Of a stretch of 41,595 bases of DNA, positions 1-7,470 are shown in pieces. Source of the DNA: Lachnospiraceae bacterium. Its GTDB lineage: Bacteria; Bacillota; Clostridia; Lachnospirales; Lachnospiraceae. Positions within the stretch are counted from its first letter, which is position 1, and every line of letters begins with the position of its first letter. The position numbers were made by a program, and so were the translations under genes. A model generated the notes under the pieces. That model saw only the letters and a list, made by a program, of their open reading frames with translations. It was not told the DNA's origin and did not search any database. The stretch is taken from positions 1 through 41,595 of the forward strand of contig VSNE01000460.1 of assembly GCA_009774155.1 (NCBI GenBank), read 5' to 3'.

Positions 1-488
1 CGGCAGTAGCGGTGCAGCCGTCCCCGGTCGAGGTCCAGTGCGCTTGCCAGAAGCATCTCGTGGCTTGCCATGATGTTGGCCAGGTTGCGGAGGGTTTGCG
101 GTGTGTGGCCTTTGGCACCGATGTGGATGTGGACCCCGCATCCTCTGGAGGCATCGCTCTTGGCGCCTGCGTGTCTGAGCTGCCTGCAAAGCTCCTGCAG
201 GGTTTCGATGTCGCCGTAGGTCAGGATCGGGGTGACCAGTTCGCATTTCTGCTCGTCCGGCCCCGCAATGGAAACATCCTTCTGGAATTTCCACTCGCGC
301 CCCTGTGTGTCCCAGGCTGACCAGGTGCTATAGCCGTTGCGCCCTGCGGTGTTCTCGTACCTGCCTGTGCCGAAGTAGGCGGCGGCAACCTTCGCTGCCT
401 TCTGGCGGGTGATGCTGTTCATCTCGACCTCGACCCCGATGGTCTGGTTCTTCATCTCTGCAATCTGCCTTGCTGTTTTCTCGTTCAC
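1..488 (-). CDS. Amidoligase-family protein, 5' part (runs off the window; absent from the ORF track)
   Basis: Hand translation from GTG at 488 after GGAGG: MNEKTARQIAEMKNQTIGVEVEMNS...WKFQKDVSI...KCELVTPIL...RGCGVHIHIG. GVEVE, ELVTP and CGVHIH are amidoligase-type motifs. Confidence 0.85.
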   Translation of the reverse strand, partial: MNEKTARQIAEMKNQTIGVEVEMNSITRQKAAKVAAAYFGTGRYENTAGRNGYSTWSAWDTQGREWKFQKDVSIAGPDEQKCELVTPILTYGDIETLQELCRQLRHAGAKSDASRGCGVHIHIGAKGHTPQTLRNLANIMASHEMLLASALDLDRGRLHRYC

Positions 489-534
489 TCTGAAATCCTC
501 CGTTTTCGTTTGGTGTGTTTTCCCTTTCGGTGTA

Positions 535-567
535 CACATATTCGCTCTAAAAGAGGATAATAGCAAG
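535..567 (-). promoter_or_regulatory. Putative phage promoter, copy 1 (TTGCTA-17 bp-GAATAT)
   Basis: CTTGCTATT-N10-AGAGCGAATATGTG on the minus strand. Both blocks recur with identical spacing at 1591-1623. Confidence 0.6.
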
Positions 568-618
568 GCCATTTTCGATAATATACTACACAAAGATGAC
601 CGCAATATATTGTGTAGT

Positions 619-867
619 TTACACCATTTTACCACCATCTGATGTGTTCTTGACCTTCCGGCACAGGTCTTCTCCGAACGCCACGGAAAGGCCGCTGCCG
701 TTGTCCCAGGCGACCATGATGGAGCCGATATCATCCACGCCCATCACAGTGCCCTGTGTGCCGATTGGCGGCGCCTGGGGATCGTCCATCCGCAGCAGTT
801 CTACACGGGTGCCTGCAGGATACTCTCTGCGGATGCGCTCTACAATTTCCTTACTCGGAAACCGCAT
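619..867 (-). CDS. DUF4314-like phage protein
   Basis: YPAGTRVELLRMDDPQAPPIGTQGTVMGVDDIGSIMVAWDNGSGL. ATG at 867 preceded by GGAGGTG. Confidence 0.8.
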   Translation of the reverse strand: MRFPSKEIVERIRREYPAGTRVELLRMDDPQAPPIGTQGTVMGVDDIGSIMVAWDNGSGLSVAFGEDLCRKVKNTSDGGKMV

Positions 868-1561
868 GGTCAGCACCTCCATTCTTGAATGCTGAGGAAC
901 CGGAGAGGTTCTTCAGCAGGATCTTGCGTTCGACTTTGTATTCGCTGCCGATGAAGCCCAAGCGCAGGAGAAAGCAGCGGAAGGCGTACTTCTCATTATC
1001 CACCGCTTTCTCCGTGACCGTCACGCGCTTGGCGTTTTTGCTCATCTCGCAGAGTGCGGAAATGAAATGGGTGTAGGCCTTGACCGCATCGGCGTCCGGC
1101 AGCTCCGGGAACCAGGGAAATGCTACCCGGTCTTCTTGAATCTCAATTGGAAGTTTGCTAACACCGAGCGCCTTCTTAATCAGGCTACCCTTGGCATCCA
1201 GCAGCTTGGTGAGGTTGCCTACCGCCACCTTGTCCAGCGGAATCTCCACCGTCAGCCCCACCGTTTCGCTCTGTGGCTCGGTTTCGCTTTCTTCGGATAA
1301 TTCCTCGGAGAGCTGTTCCTCGCCGTCCTGTGCCTCGCATTCAAAGCCTGCGGCGGTGATAGCTTCAAGTACCTGCTCGACCTCCTCGCTGTCAGCGCGG
1401 TCGTCAAACAGGAGCGTCCCATCCTTGGTGACCGTGAAGTAGTCGATCTCATAATTGCAGGTGGGCATGAATTTGTATTCTGCCCTGGCACCTGTGGCAT
1501 CCGAAATGACCTTGACCAGCTCCTTGCGCTTTGCGCCTGTCACATTGTATCTGATTTTCAT
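851..1561 (-). CDS. Conserved phage accessory protein (often labelled virulence-related protein)
   Basis: 236 aa with AGGAGG RBS. C-terminal NEKYAFRCFLLRLGFIG...RKILLKNLSGSSAFK is typical of this prophage family. Confidence 0.75.
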   Translation of the reverse strand: MKIRYNVTGAKRKELVKVISDATGARAEYKFMPTCNYEIDYFTVTKDGTLLFDDRADSEEVEQVLEAITAAGFECEAQDGEEQLSEELSEESETEPQSETVGLTVEIPLDKVAVGNLTKLLDAKGSLIKKALGVSKLPIEIQEDRVAFPWFPELPDADAVKAYTHFISALCEMSKNAKRVTVTEKAVDNEKYAFRCFLLRLGFIGSEYKVERKILLKNLSGSSAFKNGGADHAVSE

Positions 1562-1590
1562 GTGCGAAAACCTCCTTTGTTTTTGGTAGT

Positions 1591-1623
1591 CACATATTCG
1601 CTCTGAACCCCTGAAATAGCAAG
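1591..1623 (-). promoter_or_regulatory. Putative phage promoter, copy 2
   Basis: Same two blocks and spacing as 535-567, about 30 bp upstream of the 1561 start. Confidence 0.6.
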
Positions 1624-1660
1624 CAATTTCCGCACATTTTGCTGTAGAATAGCTGCCGGA

Positions 1661-3598
1661 TCATTCGCCGGATAACTGTGCATAGTACACGATGCCGGAA
1701 AGCACAAAACAGACGTTAGGCAGCGCCACTCCGTTGCCCCACATTTTGTATTCCGCAGAATCGGAGTGAGGGTCTTTCAGCCACTTGATGATCTGATTGC
1801 GGCTCTTCGGCTTGGAGGAAGCTCCCATGATCCTCCGGTGTGTCTCAAACACCTCCGTCCAGAACTCGATCTCTTCCTCGGTCGGTTCGTCAGTCTCTAA
1901 ATTGGAACACCACCAGTCCGGGAACCCTTGCAGTCTGGCACATTCGGTAGGCGTCAGTCTGCGAACGATGTAGTCAGGCTCTTTGGATACGGTAGGCGGA
2001 TCTTTGAAATCTGTAGCGACCAACGTTTCCGTCACATCATCATCCGTAAAATTGGTGTGAAAGGAACTCTTGCTTGAATGATAGATAGGCTGTCCGACCG
2101 CTCCCGGTCCTTTGGACACCATCGTTGGCTCGATCTCTGTTTCCACCGTGATTCCGAACTTGGCATTCCGTCCCATGTTGTATGTGGCACGGTCGATTCC
2201 GTAGGCTACCGCATGACGGTCGGTAGCATCCAGCGTGAAGGACACATCCTCATTGACGCCGCTGCCCTGGGGACCGTTCTTGTCGGATCTTCCGATCATG
2301 GAACCCTGCACAGCCACCACAGCCATGCCGCCCTGGTTGCAGGAGGGATTGCCGCCGCCCCTGTCCAAACAGCGGGAAGTGTCCGCTTCATAAAAACTGC
2401 TGTGCGGATTGTCCGATTGCATGGCGTGGCTCTGCTTGGAGCAGATGCCGTAGACCTTCGGCACAAATACCGTCTGGTCATTGTTGCAGCCGAGGGTAGC
2501 GGATTTGTTCTCCTGAATTAATGCACCCTTGCCGCCGCCCTCACAACCGGAGCGGATCTTCAGCGTCTTTGGCGTTTCCACCACGAAGGGCTGATTGTTG
2601 CCGCCCGTTCCGTAGGTAGACATGACCGTTGGTGCCGTCTTCAATGGACCGGTGTATCTGGTGTCCTGGCTATGGTTCTCATAGACTGCTGCAGGGACTG
2701 TTCCTGCCCGGAGGGTGGGAGAGGTTTCCTCCTCGTAACCGATGGAGCGGCTGTGTGCGGAATGCTCGGTGCAAAATCCTGCCGATTCCATCACGCAGGG
2801 AGGATGATGAGCTTCTGCCCGGAGAGTGCAGGTGACGCCGTCCGTTACATCCATACGGTTTCCGCCCTGGTCATTCAGGCAGACGCAGCCTGCCGCTCCA
2901 GAGCCTTTTTCAGAAGCTCCGGCAGCTCCTTGCCACGAACGGAAGCCCTGCGGAGTATACCCAGACACGCCTTCGGACTCAAATAGTATTTTTCCGGCAC
3001 TCCCGCCTGCAAGATCTGCGACAAGGTAGATACGTTTTCTGCGTTGGGGAACTCCCCAGTACTGCGCATCAAATACCCGCCATGCGAGACTGAAATCGTC
3101 TGCCATGATCTCTCCGGCGGTCGGCCACTTCTCAGGTCGAGGAGTATGAATTTCGTATCCTTTGACCGAGCAGACCTCTTCGAGGACGGACTGGAAGTCC
3201 GCACCCTTGTTGGAGCTGAACGCGCCGGGGACGTTCTCCCAGACGATGTATCTTGGATATCTGCCATTGGTTTTACACCTCATTTCCTTTACGATTCTTA
3301 TTGCCTCATAAAAGAGGTTGCTTCGTGAGCCGGCAAGCCCGGCTCTTTTCCCGGCGATGCTCATGTCCTGGCAGGGTGAGCCGAAGGTGATGATATCCAC
3401 CGGCTCAATCTTCCCGCCATCCATCCGGGAGACATCGCCGTAATGCTTCATAAACAGCAGCCTTTTGGTAGTCACCCGGATAGGAAACGGCTCGATCTCC
3501 GAAGCCCACACAGGGGTAATGCCGGAGATCAAGCCGCCTAAAGGAAAACCGCCGGAGCCGTCAAACAGGCTGCCGAGGGTCAGTTTATTCTGTTCCAT
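1661..3598 (-). CDS. C5-cytosine DNA methyltransferase with a long multi-TRD variable region
   Basis: Motif I LFDGSGG, IV GSPCQ, VI ENVPG, VIII QRRKRIY, IX RRLTPTECARLQGFP, X YKMWGNGV. ATG at 3598 after AGGAGG. Confidence 0.93.
   Translation of the reverse strand: MEQNKLTLGSLFDGSGGFPLGGLISGITPVWASEIEPFPIRVTTKRLLFMKHYGDVSRMDGGKIEPVDIITFGSPCQDMSIAGKRAGLAGSRSNLFYEAIRIVKEMRCKTNGRYPRYIVWENVPGAFSSNKGADFQSVLEEVCSVKGYEIHTPRPEKWPTAGEIMADDFSLAWRVFDAQYWGVPQRRKRIYLVADLAGGSAGKILFESEGVSGYTPQGFRSWQGAAGASEKGSGAAGCVCLNDQGGNRMDVTDGVTCTLRAEAHHPPCVMESAGFCTEHSAHSRSIGYEEETSPTLRAGTVPAAVYENHSQDTRYTGPLKTAPTVMSTYGTGGNNQPFVVETPKTLKIRSGCEGGGKGALIQENKSATLGCNNDQTVFVPKVYGICSKQSHAMQSDNPHSSFYEADTSRCLDRGGGNPSCNQGGMAVVAVQGSMIGRSDKNGPQGSGVNEDVSFTLDATDRHAVAYGIDRATYNMGRNAKFGITVETEIEPTMVSKGPGAVGQPIYHSSKSSFHTNFTDDDVTETLVATDFKDPPTVSKEPDYIVRRLTPTECARLQGFPDWWCSNLETDEPTEEEIEFWTEVFETHRRIMGASSKPKSRNQIIKWLKDPHSDSAEYKMWGNGVALPNVCFVLSGIVYYAQLSGE
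2875..3267 (-). CDS. Nested +1-frame ORF inside the C5 methylase, candidate small (beta-type) subunit
   Basis: GAGGTG 8 nt before the ATG. C-terminal LSQILQAGVPEKYYLSPKACLGILRRA resembles the post-motif-VIII segment of C5 methylases. Confidence 0.65.
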   Translation of the reverse strand: MADIQDTSSGRTSPARSAPTRVRTSSPSSKRSARSKDTKFILLDLRSGRPPERSWQTISVSHGGYLMRSTGEFPNAENVSTLSQILQAGVPEKYYLSPKACLGILRRASVRGKELPELLKKALERQAASA

Positions 3599-4823
3599 CC
3601 GTGACCTCCTCATAGCTGTATGTCTTACCGCCCCGCAGGACGCTCACGCCATCCGCAGAGCCGACCTGCTCGATGTAGCGGTTTACGATGACATCGCAGA
3701 ACTTTTCGTCCAGCTCGATGGTGCGGCAGATGCGGTCGGTCTGCTCACAGGCAATGAGGGTAGAACCGGAACCGCCGAAAGGGTCAAGCACCACTGAGTT
3801 TGCCATACTGGAGTTGCCGATGGGATAAGCCAGCAGCGGGATCGGCTTCATGGTGGGATGGTCACCGTTCTTCTTGGGCTTGTCAAACTCCCAGACGGTG
3901 GTTTCCTTCCTGCCCGTGTACCACTGGTGCTTGCCGTTTTTCTTCCAACCGTACAGCACAGGCTCATGCTGCCACTGGTAGGGAGAGCGTCCAAGGACAA
4001 GGGACTGCTTCTTCCAGATGCAGCAGCCGGATAAATAAAATCCCGCATCGGCAAACGCCCTGCGGAAGTTTAAGCCTTCGGTGTCGGCGTGGAACACATA
4101 GATGGATGCGTCCGCCGCCATGACCGACTCCATATTCTGAAAAGCGGCAAGCAGAAACTCATAGAATTTCTCGCCTGCCATGTTGTCGTTTTTGATCTTG
4201 CCCGCCGAACCCTCATAGTTGACGTTGTAAGGCGGATCGGTGATCACCAGGTTTGCTTTGACGCCATCCATGAGCGTGGTGTATGTTTCAGTCTTCGTGG
4301 AGTCTCCGCATACCAGCCGGTGCCTGCCAAGCGTCCATACGTCACCGCTTTTACTGAACACCGGCTTTTGCAGCTCTGCGTCCACATCGAAATCATCCTC
4401 TTTAGCCTCAGTTCCATCATCAAACAGAGCCGCCAGCTCCTTTTCATCAAAGCCGGTGAGCAGGGGATCAAAGTCCATGCCCTGCAAAGACTCGATCTCT
4501 ACTCGCAGAAGCTCCTCATCCCATCCGGCGTCCATCGCCATGCGGTTGTCGGCAATGATGTATGCTTTCTTCTGCGCCTCGGTAAGGTGGTCGGCAAACA
4601 CACACGGAACTTCCTTGATGCCTTCCTCCTTTGCCGCCATTATTCTGCCGTGGCCTGCAATCACGCCATAGTCGCGGTCAATGATGACAGGGTTGATAAA
4701 GCCGAACTCCCGGAGGGAGGAGCGGAGCTTCGTAATCTGCTCCGGGGAGTGGGTGCGGGCGTTGTTCACATAGGGCACCAGTTTGCTGATTGGCACCAGC
4801 TGCATTTCCGTTGTTGTTTTCAT
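3585..4823 (-). CDS. ParB-like N-terminal domain fused to an N4/N6 DNA methyltransferase
   Basis: ParB-like NNARTHS...FGFINPVIID...IAGHGR, then DPPY, HPTMKP and LDPFGGSGST. ATGA overlap with the upstream gene. Confidence 0.92.
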   Translation of the reverse strand: MKTTTEMQLVPISKLVPYVNNARTHSPEQITKLRSSLREFGFINPVIIDRDYGVIAGHGRIMAAKEEGIKEVPCVFADHLTEAQKKAYIIADNRMAMDAGWDEELLRVEIESLQGMDFDPLLTGFDEKELAALFDDGTEAKEDDFDVDAELQKPVFSKSGDVWTLGRHRLVCGDSTKTETYTTLMDGVKANLVITDPPYNVNYEGSAGKIKNDNMAGEKFYEFLLAAFQNMESVMAADASIYVFHADTEGLNFRRAFADAGFYLSGCCIWKKQSLVLGRSPYQWQHEPVLYGWKKNGKHQWYTGRKETTVWEFDKPKKNGDHPTMKPIPLLAYPIGNSSMANSVVLDPFGGSGSTLIACEQTDRICRTIELDEKFCDVIVNRYIEQVGSADGVSVLRGGKTYSYEEVTDGTE

Positions 4824-5605
4824 CGCACCAGCCCCCATTCCGCAAATTTCTCAAAGCCGCCAAGGGACTGGATGTATTTCCGGGCAGTCTCCACGATCTC
4901 CGCATAGGGAATGCCGTCCACGGTATCGTCCCCAATGGCGCAGGCAAGCTCCACGGGCTTTCCCGTTTCCTGGGCTTTCAGCCAGGCGTAGATATTGACC
5001 GACACATCCGCTTTGGACAGGTCTTTACCATGCAGACCGCCGCCCGTGACAGAATCTGCCATATCGCTACCCAGCTTGCGGTTGGTTGCACCTGTGTCCA
5101 CATCCGTGCCGCCCGTCCAGTCTCCCAGAGGGTTGATCTCGGCGTGAGGATACACTTCCTTGAGGTGATAGATCTTGGCGTTGCTCTGGCAGAGAATGAG
5201 CCTTGCGCCGTCCAGAATGTATTTCCCGTCATAGGGATAAGTGTGATACACACTTTTGGCGATCTCGCAGAGTGCTTTCTGCTCCTCGGTCACAGGCATC
5301 CCTTTGAAGATGCCGTTGTCGCCGCAGCGGATTCCGTCTGCCTGGTTATTGGCGAGGTGTCCGTCCTGCGGAACTTCCACATAGTCCGTGTGCAGATTTC
5401 CTGCGATGCGATGGACGATCCCGGTCACCTCATCCAAAGAGATGTGTACCGATGTTTCCGCAATGATATGGCAGACGCCGTGACCGATGAGAACCTCCAC
5501 GGCGATCCTTGGATTTTCTTCTTTTCTGTACGCCGCATCCACCAGAGCGCCGGCAATACGGTCAGCCACCTTGTCCGGGTGGCACGGATTTACTTTCTCA
5601 AACAT
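4820..5605 (-). CDS. Shortened S-adenosylmethionine synthetase (MetK-like), phage-borne
   Basis: HPDKVADRI, GDNG, DTGATNRKL and GGGLHGKDLSKAD match MetK signature segments. Only 261 aa. Confidence 0.85.
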   Translation of the reverse strand: MFEKVNPCHPDKVADRIAGALVDAAYRKEENPRIAVEVLIGHGVCHIIAETSVHISLDEVTGIVHRIAGNLHTDYVEVPQDGHLANNQADGIRCGDNGIFKGMPVTEEQKALCEIAKSVYHTYPYDGKYILDGARLILCQSNAKIYHLKEVYPHAEINPLGDWTGGTDVDTGATNRKLGSDMADSVTGGGLHGKDLSKADVSVNIYAWLKAQETGKPVELACAIGDDTVDGIPYAEIVETARKYIQSLGGFEKFAEWGLVR

Positions 5606-5609
5606 GATT

Positions 5610-6158
5610 TCACCCCTTCCTTGCCCGGAGCAGACGCTCCATCAAATCATCCTGAGGAGAAACGTCCCCGTAATCGGTGCTGCAGTTTTCCTTCACGATC
5701 TGGAAGATCTCGTTCCAGAGCCGCACTGCCTGGTTCATGTAGTTAATGCCGATGTTGATGAACGGGGACGGGATCGGCTTCTGGGTGGTCGGGTGCTTGG
5801 AGAGGAAGCCCATGCGGTTGGTCATCTCCTCGCACTGAATCCAGCGGGCGCTGCACATGGCGTAACGCTCCAATAGCTGGGGCGACACCTTCGCCGCACA
5901 GCCCACCTTCCTTAACCACTCCCAGGTTTCCGTGTATATCTCCTCCGCCTGGAGCGTACTACCGTCACGCTGCTCGGCGGAGAGGAACTCATGGGGCTTT
6001 GGCATATCGACACCCTCGACTTCGGGAATATCCAGCACTTCCAATCTGCGCCCGCCCGGATTGCCGTTCTCGGCTTTCTCCCTGACAGCGGATTTCTTCC
6101 TTCCCGCACCGGGTCTCGCACCGCCGCGCCCGCCTGTGTTATTGGATTTTGTCGGCAT
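5610..6158 (-). CDS. P27-family terminase small subunit
   Basis: GGRGGARPGAGRK N-terminus, LLERYAMCSARW, and DDLMERLL C-terminus. Lies downstream of HNH; GAGGTG RBS. Confidence 0.85.
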   Translation of the reverse strand: MPTKSNNTGGRGGARPGAGRKKSAVREKAENGNPGGRRLEVLDIPEVEGVDMPKPHEFLSAEQRDGSTLQAEEIYTETWEWLRKVGCAAKVSPQLLERYAMCSARWIQCEEMTNRMGFLSKHPTTQKPIPSPFINIGINYMNQAVRLWNEIFQIVKENCSTDYGDVSPQDDLMERLLRARKG

Positions 6159-6204
6159 TTTCTCACCTCTTTTCCGCAAAAATAGAGCGACCGCTATCGG
6201 CCGC

Positions 6205-6292
6205 CGTCAATTACCCTTTTGATTTCGCCTTTTTCGCGCACGAAGCCCCAGGCCGCTGTCCGCGTACAGGACTCGCAGAGATTTTGACCGCC
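6205..6292 (-). other. Putative cos/packaging region
   Basis: Non-coding gap between HNH and terS with GGGCGGTCAAAATCTCT...GACAGCGGCCTGGGG...CGCGAAAAAGGCGAAATCAAAAGGG. This is the usual cos position in HNH-terS phages. Confidence 0.5.
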
Positions 6293-6640
6293 CTACCGGT
6301 CGCCAAGGTCGTGGTGGATCTTGGTATGGCAGGAACGGCAAAGGCTCATCAGATTGTCCCTTGCATGAGTGCCGCCCTGAGAGATGGGAACGATGTGGTG
6401 TACCTCATCCACAGGAGTCAGCCGTCCTTCCTTCAGACACATCTCACAGAGAGGATGCGCCGCAGCATAGCGGTCACGGATGCGTTTCCAGGCTCTGCCG
6501 TACTTCTTATTTACGTCCGCACTGCGTTCGTATTTGTTGTACTGCCTGCGGGCGGCTGCTTCGTGTTCCTTGCAATACTGACCGTCCGTGAGGTTGGGAC
6601 AGCCGGGGTAGGAGCATGGCCGCTTTGGTTTCCTTGGCAT
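6293..6640 (-). CDS. HNH endonuclease (terminase-associated)
   Basis: CEMC...EVHHIVPISQGGTHARDNLMSLCRSCHTKIH. ATG at 6640 after GGAGGTG. Confidence 0.92.
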   Translation of the reverse strand: MPRKPKRPCSYPGCPNLTDGQYCKEHEAAARRQYNKYERSADVNKKYGRAWKRIRDRYAAAHPLCEMCLKEGRLTPVDEVHHIVPISQGGTHARDNLMSLCRSCHTKIHHDLGDR

Positions 6641-6660
6641 CGTCTCACCTCCTTGGGGCA

Positions 6661-6697
6661 TAAGAAAAGCCCCCACAGGATCGCTCCCATGAAGGCT
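6661..6697 (-). terminator. Hairpin with GCGA loop and short U tract in the late-operon leader
   Basis: AGCCTTCATGGGA-GCGA-TCCTGTGGGGGCT followed by TTTCTT. Confidence 0.5.
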
Positions 6698-6724
6698 GTT
6701 TTTGTATTCTACTTCGCTATTGTA

Positions 6725-6770
6725 ATGATATCACAGGACGGGAGTGCCATACTGTGCCAAACCGTGCCAA
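6725..6770 (-). promoter_or_regulatory. Putative late promoter with activator-binding repeats
   Basis: TTGGCACGGT TTGGCACAGT ATGGCAC (10-bp period), then extended -10 TGaTATCAT, directly after the activator gene. Confidence 0.65.
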
Positions 6771-6773
6771 CTT

Positions 6774-7184
6774 TCAATCCGGGACAGAAAAATTCTGGAG
6801 AGCCGACCCGTGTATGCGGTGTACCGTGCGAAGCGACACGTTCAGCATCCGGGATATCTCCTCCCAGGAGCAGTTGTCCAGGTAACGGTAACGGAGTACC
6901 AGCTGCTCCTCACGGCTGGCAAGCCTGTCGATTGCCGCATTGATGGTTTCCTTGAGACACACCAGATACGCCACCTTTTCCGCCACATCCCTCTGGATGG
7001 CGTCGATTTTCTCAAGGCACCGGACAAAAGGGGCTTCTGTCGGCTTGTTTGGATTGTAGTGCGGTTCGAAATTACTGCCTGAGACGCTGCTCGATAAATC
7101 CCTCCAGTAGTCAATCTCACGCAGACGGCAGTTTATAAGGGCATCCAGGTGCCGCGCCTGGTTCAGATACTCTTTTGCGGTCAT
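6774..7184 (-). CDS. Late transcriptional activator (ArpU/RinA/DUF1492-like, sigma region 4 HTH)
   Basis: MTAKEYLNQA...EQLVLRYRYLDNCSWEEISRMLNVSLRTVHRIHGSAL. Sits just before HNH-terS. Confidence 0.85.
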   Translation of the reverse strand: MTAKEYLNQARHLDALINCRLREIDYWRDLSSSVSGSNFEPHYNPNKPTEAPFVRCLEKIDAIQRDVAEKVAYLVCLKETINAAIDRLASREEQLVLRYRYLDNCSWEEISRMLNVSLRTVHRIHGSALQNFSVPD

Positions 7185-7408
7185 GCGTCCACCTCCTTCT
7201 GCAGGGAGCGGATCAGCATCTCGCCTTTCACATCTGTGAGTGCCGAATACCACTGCGAACGGAAGAACCGCTCAATTTCGGCTTTATCCGCTTGCGCCGC
7301 CCTATTACGGGAGTTGGCTTTCAGGCTTTTCAGCGCCATGCGGTAATCCTTCACAGCTTGCAGGATGATGGCGTTCGCAAGGTCCTCGTAAATCGTGATA
7401 TTGCTCAT
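7181..7408 (-). CDS. Conserved small phage protein
   Basis: 75 aa with GGAGGTG RBS and ATGA overlap. YEDLANAIILQAVKDYR...IERFFRSQW. Confidence 0.8.
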   Translation of the reverse strand: MSNITIYEDLANAIILQAVKDYRMALKSLKANSRNRAAQADKAEIERFFRSQWYSALTDVKGEMLIRSLQKEVDA

Positions 7409-7430
7409 ATTCGCACCTCCGAAATTTTGA

Positions 7431-7470
7431 TCCTCGGATTGGCACGGATTTTCTTAGATTGTCTCAGATT
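7431..7470. repeat. Four 10-bp-period degenerate repeats
   Basis: tcctcggatt ggcacggatt ttcttagatt gtctcagatt. Confidence 0.6.

Noticed and set aside
12..320. 102-aa plus-strand ORF and the 328-537 minus ORF
   Set aside because: They overlap the amidoligase frame, which has clear motifs and an RBS.
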